Positions 10,209 to 19,882 of a stretch of DNA of 64,000 bases are shown in pieces. The notes under the pieces are model-generated. The model had not been told where the DNA came from and did no database searches. It saw nothing but the letters and a program-made list of their open reading frames with translations. Position numbers and translations under genes: made by a program. The number at the start of each line of letters is the position of its first letter. The stretch's first letter is position 1. The DNA comes from an uncultured Candidatus Thioglobus sp. (GTDB lineage Bacteria > Pseudomonadota > Gammaproteobacteria > PS1 > Pseudothioglobaceae). The stretch covers positions 8,429-72,428 of the forward strand of contig CAZZER010000004.1 in NCBI GenBank assembly GCA_964653365.1. Direction: 5' to 3'.

Positions 10209-10243
10209 CTGGCTCATTAGTTCCATATTTTCTGGTTCTATAG
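10209..10243 (+). promoter_or_regulatory. Candidate TauR (MocR) operator, box B: CTGGCT-N17-CTGGTTCTATAG in the tauR/tpa divergent region
   Basis: Same geometry as box A, with an identical TTTCTGGTTCTATAG. It starts 5 nt from the tauR start codon and lies about 30 nt upstream of a possible -10 TACAAT (10272-10277) for tpa. Confidence 0.45.
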
Positions 10244-10317
10244 AAAGGGCAAACTTATAACTCTTATATCCTACAATTCCACTTATTGGTAAATTACACA
10301 AAAAAAAGGGGGGTGGT

Positions 10318-11679
10318 ATGTCTGAAAACACAATTATACAAAATGACAAGCAACATGTTTGGCATCATTTGACACAACACAAACCTTTCGAAACAGTTGA
10401 CCCAATTGTTGTTGTCAAAGGCAAGGGGTTGATTGTTACAGATTCAAAAGGTGATGAGTACCTTGACGCAACCTCAGGCGGTGTATGGACGGTTAATTTG
10501 GGCTTTGGTCGTGATGAAATGGTAGAGACTGTTGCCAATCAATTGCAAGAAATCCCATATTTTGCTGGCTCTTTTGGAACAGAGCCTGGTGCAGAGTTCG
10601 CGAAAGAATTAACAAGTCTGATGCCTGGACTTGATAGAGTTTATTACTCTAACTCTGGTTCTGAGGCGAATGAAAAAGGCTACAAAATGGTGCGTCAGCG
10701 TGCACACTCATACAATGATGGTAAGAAGCATAAAATTATTTATCGTGATCGAGACTATCATGGAACAACAATTGGCGCTTTAAGTTCAACGGGCCATGCA
10801 CAGCGGAAAAACCAATACGGCCCCTTTGCTCCCGGATTTGTTGAAATGCCACACTGTTGCTGCTACCGTTGTCCTTTTGGTAAAAAGTATGGTGAGTGCA
10901 ACATCGAATGTGCACATGCACTTGAAACGGTTATCCAGCAAGAAGGACCAGACACTGTTGGTTCGGTAGTGCTTGAACCAATCACTGCTGGTGGCGGTGT
11001 GATTCCACCAGTTCCGGAATACTTTCCAATTATTGAATCCATTTGTCGCAAGTACGATGTGTTGTTGCATATTGATGAGGTGGTATGCGGCCTTGGAAGA
11101 ACCGGTAAATGGTTCGGCTACCAAAACTACGAAGTACAGCCTGATATCGTTACCACAGCTAAGGGCTTAGCTGCTGGCTACGCTGCTATTTCAGTAACCG
11201 TTACTAGCGAAAAAGTATTTGAACACTTTAAGAAAAATGCTTCAGATCCAGAGGGTCATTTTAGAGACATCTCTACTTTTGGAGGTTGTACTGCTGGACC
11301 AGCAGCGGCAAGAAAAACCTTGAGTATTATCAAAGAAGAAAATCTTCTAGAGAACGTTAATACGATGGGTGATTACTTAAAAGAAAAGCTGTTTGAGCTC
11401 CAAGACAAACATCCTGTGATCGGTGAAGTTAGAGGCAAAGGTTTGTTTTGTGGTGCAGAGTTGGTCAAAAATAGAGAAACTAAAGAGCCACTTGGTGATG
11501 GGGCTGTTGCATCAATTGCCGGCCATTGTTTGAAAAATAAAGTGATGATTGGGCGTAGTAATAGTAGCTTTGTTAATTCTAATAACGTGCTCTTGTTTAG
11601 TCCTGCATTTATCACAACAAAATCTGATATTGACGCTATTATTGAGGCAGTTGACAACGCTTTGAGTGAGAATACTTAA
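10318..11679 (+). CDS. tpa: Class-III (omega) aminotransferase, taurine:pyruvate aminotransferase by context
   Basis: 453 aa. Motifs GGVWTVNLGFGRDEM, SGSEANEKGYKM and DEVVCGLGRTGKWFGYQ are typical of omega-aminotransferases. It sits between tauR and ald-xsc. Confidence 0.75.
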   Translation: MSENTIIQNDKQHVWHHLTQHKPFETVDPIVVVKGKGLIVTDSKGDEYLDATSGGVWTVNLGFGRDEMVETVANQLQEIPYFAGSFGTEPGAEFAKELTSLMPGLDRVYYSNSGSEANEKGYKMVRQRAHSYNDGKKHKIIYRDRDYHGTTIGALSSTGHAQRKNQYGPFAPGFVEMPHCCCYRCPFGKKYGECNIECAHALETVIQQEGPDTVGSVVLEPITAGGGVIPPVPEYFPIIESICRKYDVLLHIDEVVCGLGRTGKWFGYQNYEVQPDIVTTAKGLAAGYAAISVTVTSEKVFEHFKKNASDPEGHFRDISTFGGCTAGPAAARKTLSIIKEENLLENVNTMGDYLKEKLFELQDKHPVIGEVRGKGLFCGAELVKNRETKEPLGDGAVASIAGHCLKNKVMIGRSNSSFVNSNNVLLFSPAFITTKSDIDAIIEAVDNALSENT

Positions 11680-11703
11680 TTTTGATATTCAAGGGGGATT
11701 ATC

Positions 11704-12819
11704 ATGATTATTGGCGTACCAAAAGAAATTAAAAACCACGAGTATCGTGTTGGGCTCACACCGCCTAGTGTCAAAGAGTGCGTAAAGCACGGACACAGTG
11801 TATTAGTACAAACTAATGCTGGTAATGGGATTGGTGCAAGCGATTCTGATTATGAATCGGTAGGTGCAACCATTATCGACACTGCTGAAGCTATTTTTGC
11901 TAAGGCTGAGATGATTGTGAAGGTGAAAGAGCCCCAGGCCAATGAAAGAGCAATGCTAAGAGAGGGTCAAATTCTTTATACTTATCTTCATCTTGCTCCA
12001 GACCCAGAACAAACCAAAGACCTGGTTAATAGTGGCGCTATTTGCATCGCTTACGAAACTGTCACTGCTGAAAAGGGCGGCTTGCCTCTACTAGCACCAA
12101 TGTCAAAGGTAGCAGGCAGAATGGCTGTACAAGCAGGTGCGCATTTTCTTGAGCATCCAAATGGTGGCTTGGGCGCACTCTTGGGTGGTGTTCCAGGCGT
12201 TGAGCCTTTAAAAGTTGTTGTAATTGGTGGTGGTGTTGTTGGCTCGCATGCTGCACATATTGCTGTGGGTATGGGTGCAGATGTTTGGGTGTTGGATAAC
12301 AATCCGCAGACATTGGAAAGTCATTGGGAGCAATTTGGCAGAACTACAAACGCTGTCTTTTCAACGCAAAGCTCTATTGAAGAACATGTTACTAGCGCAG
12401 ACCTAGTAATCGGTGGGGTTTTAATTCCGGGCTCAGAAGCACCAAAACTGGTTACAAAAGAGATGATTAGTGCAATGAAGCCGGGTTCTGTTGTGGTTGA
12501 TGTCGCTATTGACCAAGGTGGTTGCTTTGAAACTTCAAAAGCTACAACGCACGCCGATCCAACTTATGTTGTTGACGATGTTGTGCACTACTGTGTGGCT
12601 AATATGCCAGGTGGTGTGCCAAAAACGTCTACTTATGCACTTAACAATGTGACATTACCTTTTGCGCTGAATATAGCCAATAAGGGTGTTAAGCAAGCCC
12701 TACTTGATGATGAGCATTTAAGAGCGGGTTTGAATGTTCATTCTGGAAAAGTAACATGTGAAGAAGTCGCTCACGATTTGGGCTATGAATATTTCGATGC
12801 GCTTGATGCGCTTAATTAA
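11704..12819 (+). CDS. ald: Alanine dehydrogenase
   Basis: MIIGVPKEIKNHEYRVGLTP at the N-terminus and the NAD fold VVVIGGGVVGSHAAHIAVGMGADV. 371 aa. Confidence 0.9.
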   Translation: MIIGVPKEIKNHEYRVGLTPPSVKECVKHGHSVLVQTNAGNGIGASDSDYESVGATIIDTAEAIFAKAEMIVKVKEPQANERAMLREGQILYTYLHLAPDPEQTKDLVNSGAICIAYETVTAEKGGLPLLAPMSKVAGRMAVQAGAHFLEHPNGGLGALLGGVPGVEPLKVVVIGGGVVGSHAAHIAVGMGADVWVLDNNPQTLESHWEQFGRTTNAVFSTQSSIEEHVTSADLVIGGVLIPGSEAPKLVTKEMISAMKPGSVVVDVAIDQGGCFETSKATTHADPTYVVDDVVHYCVANMPGGVPKTSTYALNNVTLPFALNIANKGVKQALLDDEHLRAGLNVHSGKVTCEEVAHDLGYEYFDALDALN

Positions 12820-14620
12820 CTAATTTATAACAGGAGAATCAAAAATGACAAGAATGACCTCAAGTGAGGCCTTTGTAGAAACAATGGTTGCCAATGGTGT
12901 TAAAGACATCTTTGGTATTATGGGCTCTGCCTTTATGGATGCTATGGACATCTTTGAACCGGCAGGCATTCGCCTTATCCCAGTGGTACACGAGCAGGGT
13001 GCTGGTCACATGGCAGACGGCTATGCTCGCGTTAGTGGCAAGCACGGTGTTGTGATTGGCCAAAATGGCCCGGGTATCTCTAATTGTGTAACTGCCATTG
13101 CAGCTGCTTATTGGGCACACTCTCCAGTGGTTATCATTACCCCTGAGGCTGGCACTATGGGCATGGGTCTTGGTGGCTTCCAAGAAGCTAACCAGCTACC
13201 AATGTTCCAAGAGTTTACTAAGTACCAAGGGCACGTTTGTAACCCAATGCGTATGGCTGAGTTTACTGGTCGTTGCTTTGACCGTGCCATGAGTGAAATG
13301 GCGCCAACACAGCTTAACATTCCAAGAGACTACTTCTACGCCGATGGTGAGTTCACTATCCCACAACCAAGAAGAATCGACCGTGGTACTGGTGGTGAAG
13401 AATCTCTTAACGATGCCGTTAACCTCATTGCGCAAGCGCAGTTCCCAGTAATTGTCTCTGGTGGTGGTGTAGTCATGGCCGATGGTGTTGACGAGTGTAA
13501 GGCACTTGCTGAGCGCTTAGGTGCGCCAGTAGTTAACTCTTATCTACATAATGACTCCTTCCCAGCTAGCCATGAACTATGGTGTGGTCCACTCGGTTAC
13601 CAAGGCTCTAAGGCTGGTATGAAGCTAATTGCTCAAGCCGATGTTGTAATCGCCTTAGGTACGCGTTTAGGACCTTTTGGCACATTGCCTCAACATGGTA
13701 TGGATTACTGGCCAAAAGACGCCAAAATCGTACAAATTGACGCCGACCATAAGATGCTTGGTTTGGTTAAATCAATTACTGTTGGTATTTGTGGTGATGC
13801 TAAAGCGGTTGCTGAAGCACTCACTGCCAAACTGGCAACAGCAGATCTTGCTTGTGATGCCAGCAAAGCTGAAAGAGCGGAAAAAATCGCTCAAGAGAAA
13901 GCCGACTGGGAAAAAGAATTGGATGAATGGATCCATGAAACTGACCCATACAGCCTAGACATGATTGAAGACCTTGAAGAGGGTTGGTTACACCCAAGAC
14001 AAGTTTTGCGTGAGCTTGAGAAGGCAATGCCTGAAGATGTGATGGTATCAACTGATATTGGCAACATCAACTCGGTGGCTAACAGCTACTTACGTTTTGA
14101 GAAGCCAAGAAGCTTCTTCGCACCAATGAGCTTTGGTAACTGTGGTTATGCGCTACCAACCATTATCGGTGCTAAAGCAGCAGCCCCTCACCGTCCAGCT
14201 GTCTCATACGCAGGTGATGGCGCTTGGGCCATGAGCATGGTAGAAACCATGACTTGTGTACGTCACGACATTCCTGTTACAGCTGTGGTCTTCCACAACT
14301 GCCATTGGGGTGCTGAGAAGAAGAACCAAGTAGACTTCTACGACAGACGCTTTGTTGCCGCTGAACTAACAGATCAACACTTTGTCAACATTGCTGAATC
14401 AATGGGTGCCGAAGGCATCCGTGTGGACAAACTTGAAGAGGTTGGTCCAGCGCTTAAAAAAGCCATTGACATGCAAATGAACGAAGGCAAAACAACCATC
14501 ATTGAAATCATGTGTACGCGTGAATTGGGTGACCCGTTCCGTAAAGATGCATTGAGCAAACCGGTGCGTTACTTGCCGAAGTACAAAGACTATGGTGTGA
14601 ATCAGCAGCATAGGTAGAAA
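12818..14620 (+). repeat. Copy 1 of a 1803-bp perfect direct repeat (27 nt of 5' leader with RBS, plus xsc, plus 3 nt)
   Basis: Every line I compared is identical to 32918-34720 at a constant offset of 20100. All six-frame ORFs in the two copies have identical translations. The first mismatches are t12817/a32917 and g14621/a34721. Confidence 0.9.
12845..14617 (+). CDS. xsc: Sulfoacetaldehyde acetyltransferase (ThDP-dependent), copy 1
   Basis: 590 aa. ThDP-enzyme layout (acetolactate-synthase-like) with the ThDP motif GDGAWAMSMVETMT...N. Located downstream of tpa-ald. Confidence 0.8.
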   Translation: MTRMTSSEAFVETMVANGVKDIFGIMGSAFMDAMDIFEPAGIRLIPVVHEQGAGHMADGYARVSGKHGVVIGQNGPGISNCVTAIAAAYWAHSPVVIITPEAGTMGMGLGGFQEANQLPMFQEFTKYQGHVCNPMRMAEFTGRCFDRAMSEMAPTQLNIPRDYFYADGEFTIPQPRRIDRGTGGEESLNDAVNLIAQAQFPVIVSGGGVVMADGVDECKALAERLGAPVVNSYLHNDSFPASHELWCGPLGYQGSKAGMKLIAQADVVIALGTRLGPFGTLPQHGMDYWPKDAKIVQIDADHKMLGLVKSITVGICGDAKAVAEALTAKLATADLACDASKAERAEKIAQEKADWEKELDEWIHETDPYSLDMIEDLEEGWLHPRQVLRELEKAMPEDVMVSTDIGNINSVANSYLRFEKPRSFFAPMSFGNCGYALPTIIGAKAAAPHRPAVSYAGDGAWAMSMVETMTCVRHDIPVTAVVFHNCHWGAEKKNQVDFYDRRFVAAELTDQHFVNIAESMGAEGIRVDKLEEVGPALKKAIDMQMNEGKTTIIEIMCTRELGDPFRKDALSKPVRYLPKYKDYGVNQQHR

Positions 14621-14671
14621 GTAACTCGAAGCACTTTTTAGCTCTTTAAGAGTTGTGTGGCTTTCACAATT

Positions 14672-14697
14672 AAGGCAGGTTTTATCCTGCCTTTTTT
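14672..14697 (+). terminator. Rho-independent terminator after xsc copy 1
   Basis: aaggcagg-ttttat-cctgcctt followed by tttt. Confidence 0.75.
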
Positions 14698-14726
14698 GTA
14701 CATATTTTCTTTGTTTGCAAACAAGG

Positions 14727-14779
14727 TTGACACACTAATGGGAAACATGATAAGATGCTCGAAACTCATATATATGAGT
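14727..14779 (+). promoter_or_regulatory. P(sat-apr): TTGACA(14727-14732)-18 nt-TAAGAT(14751-14756), followed 7 nt later by the 16-bp palindromic operator ACTCATATATATGAGT (14764-14779)
   Basis: Read directly. The architecture is nearly identical to 26877-26927 and, on the minus strand, to 25952-25894. Confidence 0.65.
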
Positions 14780-15006
14780 AATATAAAGAGTAATCTCAAT
14801 AAGATATAGCAAAGTTAAAGTCTTGGATCAATGGATTGAATAATCTGGCTCTAAAGATTCGGTTTGTGATAAGTAAGAACGTTTTACAATTGACAAGCTT
14901 TAAATGATTAACCCGATGCAAAAATAAATGAGAAGCCGTTTTAAGAAAAAAATAATCAAACTAAACCTTTGCGTTGATATGGCTCCCTTAAAGCCAAAAG
15001 TTGATT

Positions 15007-16215
15007 ATGTCTAATTTAGTGCCTGCGCATGGCGGCCTTGGTTTAAAGCCTTTAGGTCTTAATGATTATGAATTAACATCAGAGTTATCTAGAGCACAAG
15101 ACTTGCCATCTATTCCTTGCTCATCAAGAGAATTTGGCGATATTATTATGATGGGTATTGGTGGTTTTACTCCCCTTGATGGCTTTATGAATGAAGCAGA
15201 CTGGAAAAATGTCTGCTCTAATATGACAATGTCTGACGGCCTCTTTTGGCCAATCCCTATAACCTTGTCAACGAACGACGAAAGTATTCAAGAGGGTGAT
15301 GACATTGCCTTAACATTTGGCGACAGTGGAGATGTAATCGCTACGATGACAGTCACTCAGAAATACTGTATTGATAAAGATTTTGAGTGTCAATCAGTCT
15401 ACAAAACTACCGACCAAGAGCACCCTGGCGTGTCTATGGTGATGGCTCAAGGTAAATACAATCTTGCAGGCTCTATTAAAGTTTTGTCAGACGGGCATTT
15501 TCCCCAGACTTACGGTAGGCTTTATATGACCCCCAGTGAGACACGAACCTATTTTGAAGAAAAAGGTTGGTCAAGTGTTGCTGCCTTCCAAACGCGAAAC
15601 CCTATGCATCGTTCGCACGAATATCTGGCAAAAATTGCGATAGAAATCTGTGATGGAGTGATGATACATTCAACTTTAGGTGAGCTTAAGCCTGGGGACA
15701 TCCCAGCAGAAGTTCGCTCAAACGCGATAAGTGCTCTTATTGAGAATTACTTTACCGACAATAGTGTGTTGCAATCTGGCTATCCACTAGACATGCGATA
15801 TGCAGGGCCACGAGAGGCACTCTTGCATGCTCTTTTCCGCCAAAATTATGGCTGCTCACATTTGATTGTTGGGCGTGACCATGCTGGCGTTGGTGACTAC
15901 TACGGACCTTTTGATGCTCACAATATTTTTGATGAAATTCCAAAAGATGCATTAATTACTCAACCCCTTAAGATTGATTGGACATTCTGGTGTAATAAGT
16001 GCGCAAGTATGGCCAGTATGAAGACTTGCCCACATAGTTCTGATGATAGGTTGTTATTATCAGGTACTAAACTAAGACATATGCTAAGCGAGAATCTTGA
16101 TGTTCCTGAGAATTTTTCTAGAGCAGAGGTCTTAACCATATTGCGCGACTATTATGCGAAGCTAAAAGACGATGAAAAAGTCAAGGTGGAGTTAAAAGGC
16201 CACTCGGCGCAATAA
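15007..16215 (+). CDS. sat: Sulfate adenylyltransferase (ATP sulfurylase, Sat type)
   Basis: Motifs [13 protein letters not shown] and [12 protein letters not shown]. The track starts at TTG 15001; ATG 15007 ([10 protein letters not shown]) is more likely. Confidence 0.9.
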   Translation: MSNLVPAHGGLGLKPLGLNDYELTSELSRAQDLPSIPCSSREFGDIIMMGIGGFTPLDGFMNEADWKNVCSNMTMSDGLFWPIPITLSTNDESIQEGDDIALTFGDSGDVIATMTVTQKYCIDKDFECQSVYKTTDQEHPGVSMVMAQGKYNLAGSIKVLSDGHFPQTYGRLYMTPSETRTYFEEKGWSSVAAFQTRNPMHRSHEYLAKIAIEICDGVMIHSTLGELKPGDIPAEVRSNAISALIENYFTDNSVLQSGYPLDMRYAGPREALLHALFRQNYGCSHLIVGRDHAGVGDYYGPFDAHNIFDEIPKDALITQPLKIDWTFWCNKCASMASMKTCPHSSDDRLLLSGTKLRHMLSENLDVPENFSRAEVLTILRDYYAKLKDDEKVKVELKGHSAQ

Positions 16216-16273
16216 AAATGTAATAGCGATTTTTTAACGAAATTTATTATTTATTTAAGGAGAGATAAAAGAG

Positions 16274-17098
16274 ATGATTTCAACCAACCGAATTGCTGAA
16301 TTGTCGGCAGAGATACCTTACGAAGTGATGCAATACTATGTTGCAATCATGATTGCGCTTGTTGTTATCGCAACAATTGTTGATGTTACTCATAAAAAAA
16401 GCGCTAAATATTTCTTTGAGAACGCTAAAAAGGCTCAAAAAAATGCAACAAGAAAGGTTCCCAGTGGAGAGAAGGCAAGCATTGCAATAAAAACCGCCAT
16501 AGAGGATGTTGCTCTTTCAGGTGAATTTTGCAATACTAGGCGTAGAATAGCCCATTTGCTTACTATGTATGGTTTTATTCTCTTTGTGCTTTCAACGGCT
16601 ATCATGGTCTTTTGTGCAGAATCCGGTGAATCCTATACTATCCTCCCACAGTTGTGGCATTTAGGTGCTGGCATGCTGGCATTAGGTAGTTGGTGGTTTT
16701 GGTTATTTATTCGAGTCGACGTTGCTGCTGAGGGTAACAAGTGGTACAACATTGAACCGATGGATTTATTTAGCCTGTCATTAATGGCTACATCGGCATT
16801 TGCCCTAATTTGGTCCCTTAGCGGTGGTGGCGTTGGCCTCTTGTTTGTTTTGTTTGTGGCTGCCAGCACTATTCTATTTGGTGGTGTTCTATGGTCAAAG
16901 TTTGCACATATGTTTTTCAAACCTGCAGCAGCGTTTAACAAACGCATGATGAAGGCTGATGGTTCTATGGAAAATCTACCAGAACCAGCTGACAGATCAA
17001 ACCCTGAAACTCGTGATAGGCACTCAATGCTATTGCTTAAAGATGCGCCGATGGATATGGGCTTAGGTATTAAGCGTGAAGCGCCACGCCATTATTAA
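16274..17098 (+). CDS. aprM: Polytopic membrane protein, AprM-like putative membrane anchor and electron-transfer partner of APS reductase
   Basis: 274 aa with several long hydrophobic segments. It lies immediately upstream of aprBA, as aprM does in sulfur-oxidiser-type apr loci. I could not verify any diagnostic motif by eye. Confidence 0.5.
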   Translation: MISTNRIAELSAEIPYEVMQYYVAIMIALVVIATIVDVTHKKSAKYFFENAKKAQKNATRKVPSGEKASIAIKTAIEDVALSGEFCNTRRRIAHLLTMYGFILFVLSTAIMVFCAESGESYTILPQLWHLGAGMLALGSWWFWLFIRVDVAAEGNKWYNIEPMDLFSLSLMATSAFALIWSLSGGGVGLLFVLFVAASTILFGGVLWSKFAHMFFKPAAAFNKRMMKADGSMENLPEPADRSNPETRDRHSMLLLKDAPMDMGLGIKREAPRHY

Positions 17099-17118
17099 TT
17101 AGATTAAGGAGAAAGATT

Positions 17119-17589
17119 ATGCCAACTTTTGTATATATGACTCGTTGTGATGGCTGTGGACATTGTGTTGATATTTGTCCTTCGGATATTATGCACATTG
17201 ATAAGAAGTACCGTCGTGCAGTAAACATAGAACCCAATATGTGTTGGGAGTGTTATTCTTGTGTCAAAGCTTGCCCACAAAATGCAATTGATGTGCGCGG
17301 TTATGCCGATTTTGCACCGCTAGGACACAGTGTTAGGGTGTTAAGAGAAGAGGAAAAAGGCACCATTTCATGGAAGATTAAATTCCGTGACGGACGTGAA
17401 AAGAACTTTGTTTCCCCAATAACAACCAAACCTTGGGGCGAAAATATTCCAAAACTTAGTGAGTTGCCAATGCCCACTGAAGACGAATTTAAGAACCAAT
17501 TACTTTGTTATGAGCCTGATGCGCTAAACCTCGAAGAGGGTCTTCATACAATGAAAAATCTAACACTCAAAGAGGGAGTTTATTACTAA
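17119..17589 (+). CDS. aprB: Adenylylsulfate (APS) reductase beta subunit
   Basis: Two ferredoxin-type clusters, CDGCGHCVDICP and CWECYSCVKACP, plus a long C-terminal tail. Translationally coupled to aprA (TAATG). Confidence 0.85.
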   Translation: MPTFVYMTRCDGCGHCVDICPSDIMHIDKKYRRAVNIEPNMCWECYSCVKACPQNAIDVRGYADFAPLGHSVRVLREEEKGTISWKIKFRDGREKNFVSPITTKPWGENIPKLSELPMPTEDEFKNQLLCYEPDALNLEEGLHTMKNLTLKEGVYY

Positions 17590-19442
17590 TGGCAAAAGTT
17601 AAAACAATCTACGAAAATTGCGATGTGCTGGTTGTCGGTGGTGGCATGGGCGGCACGGGCGCGGCTTATGAGGCAAGATATTGGGGACGGGACATGAAAA
17701 TTGTTGTTGCCGAAAAGGCTAACATCGACCGCTCTGGTGCTGTTGCACAAGGCTTATATGCAATTAACTGCTACATGGGAACCCAGTGGCAAGAAAACAA
17801 TCCAGAGGATCATGTTCGCTATGCGAGAAATGATCTAATGGGCATGGTTCGAGAAGATCTCGCTTATGATATGGCTCGCCATGTTGATTCAGCTGTGCAT
17901 AAATTTGAAGAGTGGGGCTTACCATTGATGCGCAACGAAGAAACTGGTCGTTATCAAAGAGAGGGTAAGTGGCAAATTATGATCCATGGTGAGAGTTACA
18001 AGCCAATTGTAGCGGAGGCGGCGAAAAAATCTGCTGACAAAGTCTACAACCGCATAATGGTCACTCATTTGTTAATGGATGAAAATCAAGAAAATCGTGT
18101 TGCTGGCGCAGTTGGCTTTAATTGTCGCACGGGCAATTATCACGTTTTTAGAGCAAAAGCGGTAGTAGTTTCTGCCGGTGGTGCGTCTCACATTTTCAAA
18201 CCTCGTTCCGTAGGTGAAGGCATGGGTCGAACTTGGTATGCACCGTGGAGCAGTGGCTCAGCGTATGCGTTATCGATTGAGGCTGGCGCAAAAATGACAC
18301 AAATGGAAAACCGTATTGTATTGGCCAGATTCAAAGACGGTTATGGGCCAGTTGGTGCCTACTTTCTACACCTTAAAACATATACTCAAAACGGTTATGG
18401 TGAAGAATACGAGTCCAAATGGTACGAACACACAAAGGAAATTGTTGGCGAATATATAGATCACACACCAACGCCAACTTGTTTGCGTAATCATGCTTTT
18501 ATTGAGGAAGTAAAAGCGGGTCGTGGCCCTATTCACATGGTCACTATGGAAGCTTTCCAAGACCCTCATCTTGAAGAAGTGGGATGGGAAAACTTTCTTG
18601 GTATGACTGTTGGTCAAGCGGTAGTTTGGGCTTCGCAAAATATCGATCCTAAATACATCAATCCTGAATTAACAACCTCCGAACCTTATGTGATGGGTTC
18701 ACATGCAACTTGTTCTGGCGCTTGGTGTTCCGGACCAGAGGATCTCTCTCCGCCAGAATATTTCTGGGGCTACAACCGAATGATGACGGTGGATGGTTTG
18801 TTCGGCGCTGGAGACGCTATTGGTGGTACAGCGCATGCGTTTTCATCGGGTTCTTTTACTGAGGGTCGTTTGGCTGCAAAAGCTGCAGTTAATTACATTC
18901 TCGATGGTAAGGGTGAGGATATTGATGTATCAAAGAAAAAAATTGCTGAACTAAAAGAGGCGATATATAAACCTCTCGAAAATTACACAGTTGGACGCAA
19001 TGAAATTGTCGGTGGTACGGTTTCCCCAAGCTATCTTTTGCCAATCCAAGGGCTTCAACGCCTTGAAAAAATTATGGATGAATACTGTGGTGGCATTGGC
19101 GTTAATTATATGACCAATGATAAACTGCTTAACATGGGCTTAGAAAAACTAGCGGTCCTTGAAGAAGATTTAGACCACATCGGTGCTGAGGATACTCACC
19201 AATTGATGAGAGCGTGGGAATTGAAGCATCGTCACCGCACATCTGAATGTGTCATGCAACATACCTTATTCCGCAAAGAGACGCGCTGGCCAGGGTATTA
19301 CTATCGTGGGGACGCACTCAAACTGGATGACGAGAATTGGCATGTACTAACTGTTTCAAGACGTAACCCTGAGACAGGGGAGTACACGATGGAGAAAGCA
19401 CCGGTGTATCACTTGGTTGATGATGAACAGGGGGCTGGCTAA
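17589..19442 (+). CDS. aprA: Adenylylsulfate (APS) reductase alpha subunit (flavoprotein)
   Basis: 617 aa. FAD fold DVLVVGGGMGGTGAAYEA. Fumarate-reductase-like flavoprotein layout, paired with aprB and sat. Confidence 0.85.
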   Translation: MAKVKTIYENCDVLVVGGGMGGTGAAYEARYWGRDMKIVVAEKANIDRSGAVAQGLYAINCYMGTQWQENNPEDHVRYARNDLMGMVREDLAYDMARHVDSAVHKFEEWGLPLMRNEETGRYQREGKWQIMIHGESYKPIVAEAAKKSADKVYNRIMVTHLLMDENQENRVAGAVGFNCRTGNYHVFRAKAVVVSAGGASHIFKPRSVGEGMGRTWYAPWSSGSAYALSIEAGAKMTQMENRIVLARFKDGYGPVGAYFLHLKTYTQNGYGEEYESKWYEHTKEIVGEYIDHTPTPTCLRNHAFIEEVKAGRGPIHMVTMEAFQDPHLEEVGWENFLGMTVGQAVVWASQNIDPKYINPELTTSEPYVMGSHATCSGAWCSGPEDLSPPEYFWGYNRMMTVDGLFGAGDAIGGTAHAFSSGSFTEGRLAAKAAVNYILDGKGEDIDVSKKKIAELKEAIYKPLENYTVGRNEIVGGTVSPSYLLPIQGLQRLEKIMDEYCGGIGVNYMTNDKLLNMGLEKLAVLEEDLDHIGAEDTHQLMRAWELKHRHRTSECVMQHTLFRKETRWPGYYYRGDALKLDDENWHVLTVSRRNPETGEYTMEKAPVYHLVDDEQGAG

Positions 19443-19482
19443 CAAGCCCGCTGAAAAGCAAAACGTCAAATTTAATCAAAAG

Positions 19483-19512
19483 ACCGTTATACTTATTGTG
19501 TAGCGGTTTTTT
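19483..19512 (+). terminator. Rho-independent terminator after aprA
   Basis: accgttatac-ttatt-gtgtagcggt forms a 10-bp stem with two G-U pairs, followed by ttttt. Confidence 0.6.
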
Positions 19513-19524
19513 AATGTATAGAAA

Positions 19525-19875
19525 ATGAACTTATTAAATAAAACAGACGATGAGATTCTTGAGATTGCTAACCCAATGTGGCGCAATCTTATTAAGAATT
19601 CGAATAATCAAAACTACATCGGTTTCACCAAGAATTTTTCCAAAGAAATGTTGCGGGGAGCCAACGAAATCGAAGTTGGAAAACAATGGGCGAGAAACGA
19701 GTTAACCAAGAACTTATCCAAAGACATGGAATTACTTGGCATTCTTAGGCGAGGCGATCATGTCAGTATTTTATACAAGCAAACAAATAAGAAAATCCCT
19801 GGGGAATACTTGGGTCGTCTTGTGCTAGGTGTGGAGGATGGTATGGTTAGAATTTTTGGTGCAACGATATTTTAG
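19525..19875 (+). CDS. Hypothetical protein (116 aa)
   Basis: Clean ORF with an ATG start after the aprA terminator. No motif recognised. Confidence 0.45.
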   Translation: MNLLNKTDDEILEIANPMWRNLIKNSNNQNYIGFTKNFSKEMLRGANEIEVGKQWARNELTKNLSKDMELLGILRRGDHVSILYKQTNKKIPGEYLGRLVLGVEDGMVRIFGATIF

Positions 19876-19882
19876 CCATGTT

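Noticed and set aside
14774-14809. Mini-ORFs starting at the ATG inside each palindrome copy (MSNIKSNLNKI, MSTGES, MSYSNHKLPFN)
   Set aside because: The ATG is an unavoidable consequence of the palindrome sequence (..ATATGAGT). The peptides share nothing beyond MS, and no RBS precedes them.
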